Positions 49,674 through 63,116 of a DNA stretch of 64,000 bases are shown here, one piece after another. The position numbers and the translations under genes were made by a program. Source of the stretch: Podarcis bocagei (taxonomy: Eukaryota). The DNA lies in the NCBI GenBank assembly GCA_964188305.1, contig OZ076886.1. One strand, 5' to 3'. The notes beneath the pieces were generated by a model. The model did no database searches and was not told the DNA's origin. It saw only the letters and a program-made list of their open reading frames with translations. Every line of letters begins with the position of its first letter. Positions within the stretch are counted from its first letter, which is position 1.

Positions 49674-50710
49674 TTTATATGCTGCCCATTTGACTGGGTT
49701 GCCCCTCTAGTACAGCTCACTGAATTAAATAGGACTTACTTTTGAGTCATATATCTATGGCTAAAGTTGGATTTGAACAAGCAACTTCCTGGTCCACAGC
49801 TTACATTATTAACCACTCTATCACACCACGCCACCTCCCCCTGTCCTTTTAAACACCTCTTTCCCTGTCCTTTTAAACACCCCCTGGAATGACAGTGCAT
49901 GACAAATCTACATTATTTTGTCACATTTCAGTGAGCTGATGCAAAAAGGCTAGCAACTCAAACAGTTTAAAGAAGCAGCGCCATGCAGATGGACTCTAGT
50001 ATGGTAACAGCGAAGAGCTATCAGGATAATCGGGAAGCAGAGTGTTTAGCTGGCTCTTTAGTCACTGTGGTTTATTAGAAGGCAACATGGTATTTTAATA
50101 GATATTTCTTTGTCGCATAATAGCCTCCACAGACAACTCTCAGACAAAGCTGCTTCCTGTCACCTCTGACATCAGCAATATAGCTACCTCCTTATCTCTG
50201 GCATTTAATATGGTTCATTATACTCATTCTAGTTCTGATGGCCCTGATAACTGACCTGTGTATTCAACCCACCTCCTTCAAGTTCTCTCCTTGGACTGAC
50301 AATGAACCAATTAAGTCTTGGATGCAGGCCCACTAATGCAAGCAGACAGGGCTGCTTGCTGGCCCTCCTCCCGCTCGTACAGTGACAAAGCACCTCTCCG
50401 ACAGCAAGGCGGGCTTGTTAGTGCGGAATCTGGGGCCCCTGAAAGACAGGCTGCAGCAGCCCTGCCTCTGAACATGGCCATGTAATTATATGTTGCCATT
50501 TCTGGTTCATCTCCTCGGCATTCATCAGTGTATATGCATGTTCAATTAATGAGTAAGAGCCAGGGGGCCACTGGTAACAGTCATTACCCTGTGTAGGCCA
50601 CGGCAGTTTCAGCCAGCTCCATGGGAAAGTTTAATGGAAGGCGGAATCCACCTTCAGAGACAGACAAGGGCATCCGTTTCAAGCAACCACAAACTCCATT
50701 CAGTTAGATT

Positions 50711-50802
50711 CAGGTTGAAATAAATTAAAAAATTGTCCAGTAGCACCTTAGAGATCAACTAAGTTTATTCTGGGTATAAGCTTTCGTGTGCATGCACACT
50801 TC
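50711..50802. mobile_element. Penelope-like element terminal fragment
   Basis: CAGTAGCACCTTAGAGATCAACTAAG...AAGCTTTCGTGTGCATGCACACTTC, flanked by TTCAGTTAGATT (50699-50710 and 50803-50814). Confidence 0.7.
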
Positions 50803-53800
50803 TTCAGTTAGATTGCCACAAAAAATGCTTTGCTAGGAATAGCAGTGATCGTCTTCCTGCAGCAGTTGCATAATAATGGGCAAATGAAAAGCAACTTTCT
50901 GGCGCAGGATAACTGTTCTGCTGAGCCCCCAACCCCACATCAGTTGGGAGCAGCACTGCTTGCGAGCCCTGCCCCCACTAGGGAAAGGAGAGGTATTTGG
51001 TTCAGTTTGCATTTAGAGATAAACTTACTTAATTCACACTTCCTGAAAAGATTGAAAAGGCGACACATCCTTTTGTACTTGCAATTTGCACTTCTCCGAA
51101 TTTTGCAGTGCATGTCTCCAGCCATTTAATGTGTGCAAAAATGCATTTACTAGGGTAACATACACATAAAATGGCATATATTGGTGAAGATGGATTATAT
51201 CAGGTGGGACTGCTTAGGGGAAAAAATGGCAAAATTGCAAATAAATATGTGTACATTAGGAGAAATTCACAGTAAAATGCTAGTGAATTTTCACAAGGAC
51301 TTAGGGGGAAAAACTGATGTGGAAATGTGAATTTTCACAAGGGCTGGGGGGGGGGGAGAACTGATGTGGAAATGTGGAGACCTGAACACAAGACTGAAAA
51401 ATGAGAGAATATGAGAAACTGAGATTCGCCCATCCCTAGGCCCCATATGTCTGGGGAACACAGGCCCCCTTTGCTTTGCTTTGCTTTACTGGGCATCCTG
51501 AAACTGCTTTTACATCTACTTTTCTGCAAGGCATGGTGTGCATGGGAAGAACCTATTCTGACAAAGAGAACAGAGAGATGGAGAAGAGATGCAGGTACCC
51601 ATTTTTAATATATGCCACCAGGTTGGAGGAAATTAGCAGACACTTAGTAAAGAGCTGCTAGCAGGATCTTCTGGGTACACTCTTTGTATTCAGGCCCGCC
51701 TTGGGGGTATGGTTTTTGTCCACATGAGAGACCTCTGAGTAATTCTCCCTGCCACACACAGCAGGTTAATCTGTACCACCCAGCTTGTGTCCCTAATACA
51801 ATGACACAGAGAAGCAATGTAAGAATGTGCCTTGTGAGTCATGAATGACCCATCACCCTGTTTATAGTACAAACCAAGGTCATTGCTCTTGTGGAAAACT
51901 CACAAACCTGGATAATCCTTCTCAATGAGAAGAGATTCTCACAGGCTGCTATATCGCAGCAAGAGAGGGAAATTACCATGATTGCTATGAATTGCTCCTG
52001 TCTTGGTTGTTGCTAGCTAGATGACTGACTTGACTCCCATTATTAATATACAAGGTGCTAGGGCAGGAAAATAAGATGATGGGAATCTGAGTCTAATTAA
52101 ATGTGGATCCTGTAGGAATTAAAATGCAGGAAGAGACATCTGTGCTGCGTTTTTTTTTTTAATGACTCATTTCAAAAGACAAAGGCAGCAGTGTTGGTCC
52201 ATAAGGGCGGGGGGGGGGGACCTCCATAGAAAACCCACAATTGAGCAATACATTTATTAGGACCAACTAAAACAAAGCAAAAAGTGTGCAAGCTTTCAGA
52301 TTCTGATTCTGAGGAACTCTTTCAGATTCTTAAGAACTGTTCATCGGGCTAGATGGGGGAGGTGTGTGTGAGGAAACCTCATTATAAAAAGATTAGACTG
52401 GATGTTGAGACCTGCATTTAGACTTGGGTCTCATCCACTCCATACATTTAAAGCACATTTATATCATAGTCATGGCTTCCTGCAGAGAATGCTGGGAACT
52501 GTAGTCTACCCCTCACAGGAGAACAATTCCCAGCACCCTTAAACTACAATTCCCATGATTCTTTGGGGGAAAGCTACATGCTTTAAACATATGGTTGGGA
52601 TGTGGGCTCAGTCAGAAGATGGAGATTGCAAACTGGATTAGTCTCTCTACTAGATACTTTCATGTATCAGGTGACACCTAGGATTCTGAAATGAAGAAGC
52701 AATGGCAGTTCCCCATTTTTGAAAGCATAACGTCCAGCTGTTACCCAAACCAGCCTCATTTCAAAAACACGCCTTCTGGTAGCACAGCATTTCACAAACT
52801 TAGCTGTTAATGCAGTGGTTACAAAATATTTGACTGGGAGAACCCATCAGATGAATTATGTCTTTGTTCTACCCTTTGACTTGGAAATTAAACATCCTCC
52901 ACCCAGCATTTGTGCTCCAACCAAGTGCCTATTTTCTGACAACCCATTAAGGAGCCTGTTGTGACCTACGGGTTGAGCTGTGACTCTGCTTGTCAGCATC
53001 GCCTGCACATCTGTATCTGACCCCTCTTGTTTGCACACATACATTGAATATTCCCTCCCCTTTTCATATCTGTCTGCACATTTGCCTTGCTCCCAATTCT
53101 ACTATCTGTCTGCCCTGTGCATCAAGTCTACTGCTGGCTTCTAACCTCCTGACTCCCCTCCCCCATATTAAAATACACTGTAGTCTTAACTAATGACCCC
53201 GGGGAAGTGCCCAGCAGAATCTGCCCCGGAGACCACTGTGGATCACTTCATGGAACAAAAGGCTTTGTATTTCCAACACAGGCCTTTTCATGCTTCCCAA
53301 AGTTCTGGACTTTTAACCTTGTGGCGGAGGCTGTTTTCCTAACCCCAACAGGAACTCAGCTCTCCAAACCTTAACATTAGCCTTGCCTTCCCCTCTTGAC
53401 CTGAGCCTCGGTTTCTGGATTCCTTAACGCTGTCAACACGAGCTCCTGAGCTAATGCACTGACAGCCTTTTTAATGGTTTTTTTCACCCAGACGTCAGGC
53501 CCATTCCATACCACAACTGAATTGATCCCATTTCTCTACAGGCAGACCAGTCATATTAATTAGGGGCTTCATTCCTCCCCTCAGGCAAATACCATGCAGC
53601 GATAAGGTAGCCTAGCAAGTCCTCAACTAGTATTAATTATCCGTTTTACTTCAACATAACACATTACTATTTTTGTTTTGTTTTCCTCACTGCAACCCTA
53701 TGAAGTAGGATCACTGTTATGTGGCAGATAGTGGGGGAGGGGAAGAGTATGATAGATATTAATTTGCTCAAGAAACCACACGAGCAGGGCTAGAATCATG

Positions 53801-55407
53801 AGCCTTCTCAGCTTTTAGCCATATGTCCACAGAGTGATCTGGCAACTATACAAAGGCATGCATTCCCCATAAAAACAGAGGAGAGAGATGGACTGTGTGT
53901 GTGTTGCTCTTTCAAAACAACGAAGACAAAGGAAAGTCAACACTAACCTGTGGAACTGTTATTACCAGTGCTTTTTTGGGGGGGGAGGGGTACGCAGGGG
54001 TACGCCTACCCTAAATATTTTGTGAATCTTTGTACTTTTGTCAATTTACTGTATTTGTTTTCCCTGATTTGAACTATAAAATGGTGATTTTCTTGAGTCA
54101 AAATGAGAGTACCCCTGGTTATTACCCTCTTGCAGGGGTGGAGAAGCCCCAAAGCGGCCCTCTAGGCCTCTCTATCTGGCCCTCCAGCCCAAACCCTTCC
54201 CCAGCCATACCTCCTCTCTTCGGGTCACATCATGCATTGGTCCTGCTTGGCATCCTCCTTCCCTGGCATTTTTGCCTAGCTGGAACATGCCATTGTAATG
54301 CCTCTAGTTTGCCTGGATGGAGGATGGACAGGGGTGGGTGAATGTGAGTAGAACAAGCTAGCTGTACAAAGGCAGAATTTACATTCCTTCCAGTGGCCTG
54401 TGGCCTCAGAAGGCTGTGCCAAAGAGACAGCATCTCCACCCCTCCCCTATTGTCAGCCCGCCATGGTGTGAACCAGGCCAGCATCAAGCATCAGCATCAT
54501 CTCACAAGGCATGTGTAACCCACAGCAGAGTGGCCGTGGCAAACCCCTGGCCTAGCTCCTCCTCCTCCTTGCTGCCCGATCACCTGAACAATCTGAGCCA
54601 ATCAGGAGGAGACGGTGCGAGGGGCAAGAGTAGCAGCTCCAGCTTCCCTTCCCTTTCCCTCCAGGCAGCCATGTGGAATGGCCCCAGAGGAAGAGAGTAA
54701 GGTGGTGAAGATGGCAAGGAGCAAGCAGATGTTGCCCAACACCCCACGGCCCTTCCCCCAAACCACAGTAGCTCAGTAGTAGAGGATCTGTTGTGGGTCC
54801 CAGGTCTCATCCGTGCCATCTCCTGGTACGACTGGGCTGCAACCCTGGGGGACCACAGTTAGTCAGTGTAGACAGTCCTGAGCTAGATGGACCAATGGTG
54901 TGACCCAGTATGCGACTGCTCCCTATGTTTCAAAACCTGGAGTTGACCCTGGCTAAATAGCAGTGTCTGACTGCAGATGAGTGGCGGTGGTGGCTTCACA
55001 ATGTGGCTGGCATCCAGTGGGTAAGTCTACATAGTGATGACTGATGGACTGGGGGCTGATGTGGTGCTTTAGCATTTCCCAGTTTCATGGAGCACAACCA
55101 AGTCCCCCCTCTACCTTGGCTTGCTCTGCTTCAACAGGTCTCTTTCTCTTGCAGGGATTGGGGGGGGGAGCCTTCCCTCCCCATTCCATGCGGTGGGATC
55201 AACTCCCGCCTTCCCTAAGCCAAGCCCATCCCTGCGGTGCTGACATGGCAGAGGCTCGTTATCTCCACCATCCCACCTTGCCTACGGCACAGTGAGAGGG
55301 CGGCACGTCCCCTGGGGAAAGCGATAAGAAAGAAATTAGTGTAAAGAAAGTGGGGGGGGGGAGAGAGAAGAGAAATTACCTTTCCTGAATTTAAAAAACC
55401 ACCCTGG

Positions 55408-55458
55408 GTTGCTGTAGCAACTGAAAGGTGTATCATGTTGCCGTGGCAACTAGGAAAC
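55408..55458. promoter_or_regulatory. Tandem RFX X-box cluster
   Basis: GTTGCTGTAGCAAC (55408-55421), GTTGCCGTGGCAAC (55437-55450) and an overlapping CTAGGAAAC half-site. Confidence 0.65.
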
Positions 55459-57595
55459 ATCCTCATTTGCCTTGCTTAGCTTAGCGGACTGCAAATGATT
55501 AGATGCAGAGTAACAGGGAGAAACTCTGATTTGGGATGGATCAAAACCATCCTGGGGGTGCTTTTCTTCAGTTTAAAGGATGTGCACTACAAACCATGTA
55601 CTGTACTTTGCAACCTCCTCATCCTCTCTGCCCACAATTTATCTTCTCTCCCCTTTTCTTGCTGAAGTTAGGCTGCTGCCCCTGGCAAGTGACCTCTAAA
55701 CCCCTGTCGGCATCACCCATCGCCCCCAAAGGTCACCTTGCTCCTTTCTGAGACTAAGCAGCTATGTAATGGACAGCCAGATAGTGATGGGGCAGAGGTC
55801 TAGGCTAGAGTGTGGGAGAGGGCTTGGCAACCATGCAAATGATTCTCTCCTACTGAATTCCTCCATCCATCTTTCCCCCAGTGCAACTGAAGGACCGTTG
55901 TCCCAGCAGATGATGATCAAGGGATCACATGCCCCTAACAGCAACTAATGGTGACTGTTTTACTTGTCACTGTTACCGTTAGCTGCTTTGGTCTCTTGCA
56001 AAGAGAATGTAGGACATATATTTATATATAGACAATAAGTAAGCACGAGCATTTGACACTTTGTGACTATGTACTAAACAGGGCCAAGGCTGCAGCAGGT
56101 TCTCCTCTATGACCAAATGTCCCCTGGATTTGCGCTCATTGACCCAAGAGGATCCTGCACTGACCATCACACCCAACTGTTCTTGTATTTGGACCTGTAT
56201 TCAGCTCAAAGTAATGTGCACTGGACATGGGGCATAGGCACATCCTTTAGGTCTGATGCACATCAAAACACATAAGGTGTGCATTGAACATGTGCAGATA
56301 CACTTATATGCCAAAGGAGAAAACTCATAGTTGGGTCTCTTGAGTATATAATCCTGATCAGAAACTGCTTTTCTCCAGTATTAAAATATATTTCTAGTCC
56401 ACCTTCTAACAGGTGCACAGTTACGCAGGTATCCTCATAGAGAAGAGATAAGACTGCCTCCCTTGCGGAAAGACATTGCTGTTCTTTCCCACTTCCCAGC
56501 ATACATTAGTAGGGTGCTATTAAGGGTTTGTGGGATGATCACACAAAGGAAATAATGTGGCTGGGGCGTGCTTTGCAGAATTGGTAAGTATTAAGGCACC
56601 AATTCTCTTTTTTAGCACCTTAGCTAGTTTTTTGAAAACTGAGTGAGAGCTCCTGGAATGCTAGCTGGCATCTTACACAAATAGCCTTGGCTAAGTCCCA
56701 TGAAACTTCTATGTCCCTTTGGTAACGGCTGGAATTCCCTTCCCAGACCAGCTGACGGACCTCCCAAATCTCTCCGCATTACATGGAGATAGGTCAACCT
56801 CTCTGTGGTGGCCAGGGCAGCCAAGAATAACCTGTTGAAGCCTATTTCCAACCTAACTAAAACCCTTAAGGAACGCCTGCCATTCTGAGGCTGGGAACAA
56901 CCTCACCCAAACAGGCAAGTATCATTTGCACTGCAAAGAAGGGCTTTAAAATCAAAGAAAGAAAGAAAGAGCCCTATATAATGTGATAGGCTGTGCCAAA
57001 GCAATGTCATTATTACTATTTTTAAAAGGTGAGAAGAATCCAAGTAGCCCCCGAAGTAGTACAATGTTAGGAAGTCTTATTTAAATCCATGTTAATTAAG
57101 AACAACAAAAGCATAAAATGCTGTGTATTGTAAAGTTGCTCTTCAGGCATACATACTAAGTCAACATATGGTAATCAATCAGCATAGCTGATGATTACAG
57201 TAGCTAGAGTGCTCATTTTTACTATTTGTTTTACATGCTTAAACTATTTTGCGTCTTTCGTTCTAAATAAAAGCTGCTTCTGTTTAGAGTCTGATTATGA
57301 CTTGACTAGAGAGTCAAGAAACTCTACGTTCATTCATTCACACTTTAAAAGGAGCTTCAGTCTCACATTTGGGCAACCCTGTTAGGTGTTTAATGAGCTC
57401 TGGCCTGGAAACGACATCAGTTTATTCAGAGGCTCAATTAATCCCTCCCACTGCATATTTCATAAGGGTCTCCAGAGATCTCTGGGTGGTGGTGGCAGAG
57501 ACATTCTCATTCAGGAATTCCAACAGATTGGAAGTCTGTGCTTGTCCTGGTCCACACTGCCAAATGAAGAACCCCATAAATCAGATTGGTATATA

Positions 57596-57964
57596 AAGAT
57601 AAAAGGTAAAGGACCCCTGGGTGGTTAAGTCCAGTCAAAGGTGACTAAGGGGTTGCGGTGCTCATCTCGCTTCAGGCTGAGGGACCCGGTGTTTGTCCAT
57701 AGACAGCTTGCCAGGTCATGTGGCCAGCATGACTAAACTGTTTCTGGTGCAATGGGACACCACGATGGAAACCAGAGTGCACAGAGACGCCGTTTACCTT
57801 CCCATCGCAGCGGTACCTATTTATCTACTTGCACTGGTATGCTTTCAAACTGCTAGGTTGGCAGAAGCTGGGACAGAGCAACAGGAGCATACCCCATTGT
57901 GGGGATTCGAACCTCCAACCTTCTGATCAGCAAGCCCAAGAGGCCACAGAACCACCCACATCCC
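57596..57964 (-). mobile_element. Sauria SINE
   Basis: Homologous to 11230-11576; 15-bp TSD T(C/T)AGATTGGTATATA at 57581-57595 and 57965-57979. Confidence 0.92.
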
Positions 57965-57998
57965 TTAGATTGGTATATAGGCAAAGCACAGGCTGCAA

Positions 57999-58134
57999 CA
58001 GTGTTTCTCGTACTTGGGTCTCCAGCTGTTGTTGGACTACAACTCCCAACATCCCTAGCTAGCTGGACCAGTGCTCAAGGATGATGGAATTTGTAGTTCA
58101 ACAACATCTGGAGACCCAAGTTTGAGATACACTG
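57999..58134. mobile_element. Palindromic hAT MITE
   Basis: CAGTGTTTCTC...GAGATACACTG with a GGACTACAACTCCC core. Related copies near 8495, 27055, 43715 and 44260. Confidence 0.75.
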
Positions 58135-59588
58135 GGCTACAGGGGTATGGCAGGTGCATAAGAGATTTAGATACCAGGCTAAGCACAAGCTAAGATGTTT
58201 ATCTAACAAGCAACATGTCCCCTGCACCTTCCTTTTGAAGAGTAGGGAGGGCACAGCACTTAGCATGCCAAACAGCATTTCATTGAGTGGGTTGGGCTTG
58301 AGAAGTTTGCTTGCGCTGGTGTCTCTGTGTCCTTGGAGATGGAGATGGAGTTTGTGCCAGTTCAGCATCCGATTTATTCTGAGTTGTTTCCTCTGGAGGA
58401 GAAGTTTCCTCACTGGTAGCAGGAGGCACCAAGGATGACTCCACAGAAGGAGATATCTAACTAGGGGTGTCCAGTGTCACAGGGGCAGAATGCTCCTTGG
58501 TATCTCCCCTGGATTTAGCTCTCCATTCTCTGGACTACTGGTCTCCTCCCTGTACTCAACACTTCTTGGGGCCCTGATTTCACCTCCTCCATCCCTCTTG
58601 GACCCTCCCCAGGGTCCTTCAGATCCAACTCCCTGAGCTCCTCCTAGTCCTCCTTCGGTAGGATGCAGCCACCCCCTCTATGACATCTCCATATGTCAGT
58701 GCACAGCTCACAAGAGGGGTTCTCCTGAAATGTGGTGGCAGCCCTATAATATCTGGCAGCCGCTGCGTAATGGTCTGCAATTAGAATGAAGCGTATTTTA
58801 ATCATCTGTGAGCAATTTCGTACTGGAATGAGATCTATAAATTGGCAGCACTGGAAATAACTTTCTCATCAAAGAAATAGTCCCTGAAGAGACGTAGTAG
58901 ACAATTTTATGGAAAAAGTTTCAAAATATACCCAATGGGTCATGACTTAAAATTAGCTCTCTCTATAAGTTACTGCTGGTTAGTTTGTTAGCAGTTGTTG
59001 AACAACACTGTTCACTGCTATAACTTGGTGAAAATGTTGCAGTCCTGGACTTCTGCCACTCAATCCCACTGTTTGTTTGTTTTTAAATGCACTTTATTTC
59101 ATTCCCCCACTCCCATGAAAAGCACAAAATCAACAATAACAACAAATAGCAGTGATATACACATGTTTATGTTGTAAATTAGCCATACGGTATCCATGAT
59201 AATCATAATATTTTTTCATAACATTTCATGCAGAAATGCCAGTCAGTCTTCTGGGATTCATCCATCATGTTAACTCTCTTCATGCGCTACTCAAGTGGAG
59301 GAGGCCCATGCACAGAAGAGGAAGGGAGGGCCTTGCCATTGCCCCTGCCCTGGATACCACACCCCTGGGCTAGCTTCACTCCTATTGGCCACCCATGAAG
59401 TACATGCATCTGAGGTAAAATGGTGATGTGTGAGCAGCTTCCAGGGAACATCCTTCACTTCTGATGCCAGTATTCAACATGCAGACGTGCACTTCCTCAT
59501 GAATAGTATGTGAATAAGACAATTGAATAAGAAGGGTCCATTCTTCCCCACCCCCGTCCCAAAAATGGATGGACTGTAACATCCAGTT

Positions 59589-59709
59589 CAGGCATAGGCA
59601 AACTCGGCCCTCCAGATGTTTTGGGACTACAACTCCCATCATCCCTAGCTAACAGGATCAGTGGTCATGGATGATGGCAATTGTAGTAGGTTGAGTTTGC
59701 CTATGCCTG
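59589..59709. mobile_element. Palindromic hAT MITE
   Basis: TIR CAGGCATAGGCAAACTC / GAGTTTGCCTATGCCTG; TSD ATCCAGTT/ATCTAGTT. Confidence 0.88.
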
Positions 59710-60257
59710 ATCTAGTTGAACCAACTGCAGAAATGACTTAAGGAGTTGTTTTGATTTGAAATTCACGGCCTAGTAGTACTTTTGCTAGGTGTGCAGTTGT
59801 ACTGGGGTCTTGGCATGTCTGGGAAAGGACATTTTCTGTGGCAGTCCCTAAGCTGTAGAACTCCCTCCCCACAGATGCTCATGTGGTATTTTCATTATAC
59901 AGTGGAACCTTGGTTCTTGAACGTCAATGGAAAGATTTTTCTCCAAGGGGTGAAGTTCAAATGGAGAAGGGGTCAAGTCAGAGCATGGGATATTTCCCCT
60001 ACTGTTTCAATAGACAAATGTAGCTATAGTGGGAGAAAGAATCATGTACAGTGATACCTCGGGATGCGAACAGGATCCGTTCCAAAGCCCCGTCCTCATC
60101 CTGAATAGAACGTAAGACGCGACAGCATGTCTGCGCATGCGCGGGTTGCATTTTGCTGCTTCCGTGCATGTGCGTGGTGTTATTTTGACAGTCTGAGCAT
60201 GCGCGAGCGGCAAAACCCGGAAGTAACGCGCTCAGTCCAACCCCTGCACAGAGTCAT

Positions 60258-60464
60258 CAGGGCTGACCTTAAGGCAATTGGAACAATTGGGCCAAATTGG
60301 GCCCTATGGGCCGCTCCTGAGGGGGCTCCCACACCAGGGCAATCTAGATGGATTTTGTTTATATCTATGAGATTTTGCAGACTTTGGCTGTGAACTGGGG
60401 CCCTACAAAAAAACCCTAAAGTTGGGTCCCACTTCTTCAAATTGGGCCCCCCTGGCTAGCCCTG
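60258..60464. mobile_element. hAT MITE
   Basis: CAGGGCT...AGCCCTG termini; TSD AGAGTCAT/AGTCTCAT. Confidence 0.6.
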
Positions 60465-60653
60465 AGTCTCATAGTTGCTGGGCCTGAGTTTCTCTGCCCT
60501 TGCAAGAAGTCTTGGGTTTCCAATTTCGGGAGAGGGGAGACTGCGGCACTGGGGAGATGGCAGGCTGGCGAGGCCCCCTAGATTTAAAGGCCCTAGGATT
60601 CAGCCTAGTTAGCCTATACAGAAATCTGGCACTGGCTATATCCTATACAGGAG

Positions 60654-61569
60654 CAAGGCCGTCAACTGTTGGCACTGGGGTGCACGGCACCAGGGTGCTG
60701 GGCTCTCAGGGACACCAGGCCAAGAGTCCGGGGACGAGCATTGGAGTCTGGGGAAGAGCCGCCAACAGTCAAGCGGAGCAGAGCCCATCGGAGCGCCGCC
60801 ATCTCTTCTGCTGCAGGCGGCTCTTCCCCGGACTCCAATGCTCGCCCCCGAACTCGCGCCAAGCTGCAGCAGCAGATGAGTCCACGGCGCTCCAACAGTC
60901 TCAGCTCAGCTGTTGGCTCTTGCCCCAGCTGCATGGAAGCTAACTGTTTTGGCGCCGCGCCCAGAGCGCTGTGTAATGTTGTGGTGGGATCTGCCGCGTG
61001 CCAACAGCACCAAAGGCAGCAAGAAAACTCAAAGAATAGGAGCACACGGATCCTGTCCAGAGATGTTGCCTCCGATGCCGCTTGCATTCCCCATTGTTTT
61101 GCACTGGCACCCCACATTGGATGGCGCCGGGAGCGTGTGCCAACAGTGGAAAAGCCAGCAAAGGAACCCGCAGCTTGGCGCATGCAGTAGGATGCATCGC
61201 ACAGTGCCGACAACGTTACATGGTGCTCTGGGTGCTGCGTGCGCAGCCGAAACAGTTAACTGCCATGTGGGGGGGGGACGCACTGGGTGGACAGAGCGGC
61301 GACTGTGTGTGCTGCCCAACATTTTGTCTCCCTAGCATGGAACCCACACACCCCTTCGTACGCCCCTGTGCATGGGGCGGTGGCACCCTTTTTGGTTGGC
61401 GCTGTGAGTCCCTGTGTCCCACAACTGTTCTAAAGGTAAACAACAATTTCCTTTAAAAAAGCTAACAACTTTGGGGTCCCCCCTAAAAAAAGGTCTACAA
61501 CTCTGGGCAACGTAGGGGCGCCGGGTGGATCTTTGCACCCCGGCGCCATATATGCTTAAGACGGTCCTG
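60654..61569. mobile_element. GC-rich composite non-autonomous DNA transposon with internal inverted repeats
   Basis: Termini CAAGGCCGTC / GACGGTCCTG; ~40-bp inverted repeat 60724-60763 vs 60817-60856; second inverted pair ~60941-60985 vs ~61205-61260. TSD not found. Confidence 0.5.
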
Positions 61570-61911
61570 TGAATGAGCTCAGTAGAAGGCTCCTGTTCTG
61601 CTTAGAGTGTCTCCTTCTTTCCTCTTTACAAACTGTAGTTTCAAGGATGGGACTGGGGCAATGACAAGAAGATCGTCACCTTCACTTGGGTTGACTGTGT
61701 GCTATAAGACTGGTCTCTTCACACTGCAGGGTCTTCCATTTTACAGAGTGTATATTCATGAAGGGGAGGGGAGGGACAGTGCCCTGCTGCAGGAATTCCT
61801 TTCCTCTTCTTAGATGGCATTTTTGAGGGATGAGCAAGGACAGAGCCATCCTGTTTCATCACCCGATATGAAGTGGGAAGGTGCCGCCCCAACTCACCAC
61901 TGCTCAAGCCT

Positions 61912-63112
61912 CCCTTTTTATATATATAATAATTTTTATTTGATTTTACAAATATAGAATTAAAACAATCCACATTACATATCCCTATTTAGAGATTTCT
62001 CCAAATCTCTGGACTTCCCACCTTCCCCTCCACGGATCCTATTGTCCACCTTCGCAACTGCATATTATTTCATACTCCATATTTTATATCTTTCCATATT
62101 ATCCATAATATTCACTACATTACAAGTTGTGCTGGTTCTGTGGGTTACGCAAGAGGCAAGGTCCAAGTCCGGTCCATGGTCAGAGGTGCAACGTGGAGGC
62201 AGTCCATTGTAACTGAAGCTGGGTGCAGGGCAGGGAGCCGGGTGAAGTCAGGAACAGGCTTGCAAGCAGGGAGCCAGGGCGGGTCAGGTGCTCAGGCAGG
62301 AAAGCAGGACAGAGTTCAGGCAGGAACTAGCAACCAACAATGTTGCTCCCACAACTTGGGACTGGGGCTACCCGGCTTTTATCTGCTCCGAGGCATAGGG
62401 CGGCCCCGATCCTCTGGTGACTCGCCTCTCCTGGCCTGGAGGCAAGCACTCCTCCTGTGGGAACTTAGTTCCCTCAGCCTCTCTGCCCTGAGCCTCTGCA
62501 GCTCAGGAGAGGATGGAGGGTTACCATACTGAGAGGCAACCTCAGTTTCCTCTGACGGGGCTGAGAGTGGAGCACCTGCAGGCAATGGGTCCTCCATCAC
62601 CTCAGGAATTAGAGCAGACTCAGCTGCTGCCTGCACCTGAGGATCCTGCACAGGGGAGGACCCTTCAGGCTCAGGCCCCAGCCCCGGCTCAGCTGGTTCT
62701 GGAGGTGGGGAATCCTGTACAGGCTGGGATCCCTCAGGTTCAGCATACGAGTCCGAATCCCAGGCCATCACACAAGTGTTATTAAAATCCTGCTAAGGTT
62801 TTCATCTGCTTACAGTGGTCTCCTAGATAAATTATAAATTTTTCCTGTTCTTCGTTGAAGTTTTGGTCTTCTTGGTTCCTTAGCCTTCCGGTCAGTTTTG
62901 TCATTTCGGCAAACAGCTTGGTTTGCCATTCCTCTCTGGTAGGGACTTTGTCTTCTTTCCATCTCTGGGCTAGTAGCATCCGCATTGCTGTTGTCACGTA
63001 CATGAAAAGTCTTTTCTGTTCCTTTGGAATGTCAGTACATACAATTCCTAATAAAAGGCTTCTGGGTTTGTTTGTTTTTACAAAAGTTACTTTAAACATT
63101 TTTTAAATTCAT
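61912..63112 (-). mobile_element. L1 3' end (ORF2 C-terminus, 3'UTR and tail), split by a solo LTR
   Basis: ORF 62782-63099 (LLLGIV...LFMYVTTAMRMLLAQRWKEDKVPTREEW) matches a non-mammalian L1 ORF2 C-terminus. Reversed AATAAA and A-rich tail at ~61915-61940. Confidence 0.88.
62128..62772 (-). mobile_element. Solo LTR (Gypsy-like), 645 bp
   Basis: TGTGCTGG...CCATCACA termini; 5-bp TSD CAAGT at 62123-62127 and 62773-62777. Confidence 0.88.
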
Positions 63113-63116
63113 TATA

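Noticed and set aside
58475-58685. Short TGTCA...TGACA segment as a solo LTR
   Set aside because: No TSD and boundaries are uncertain; at most a degraded LTR fragment.
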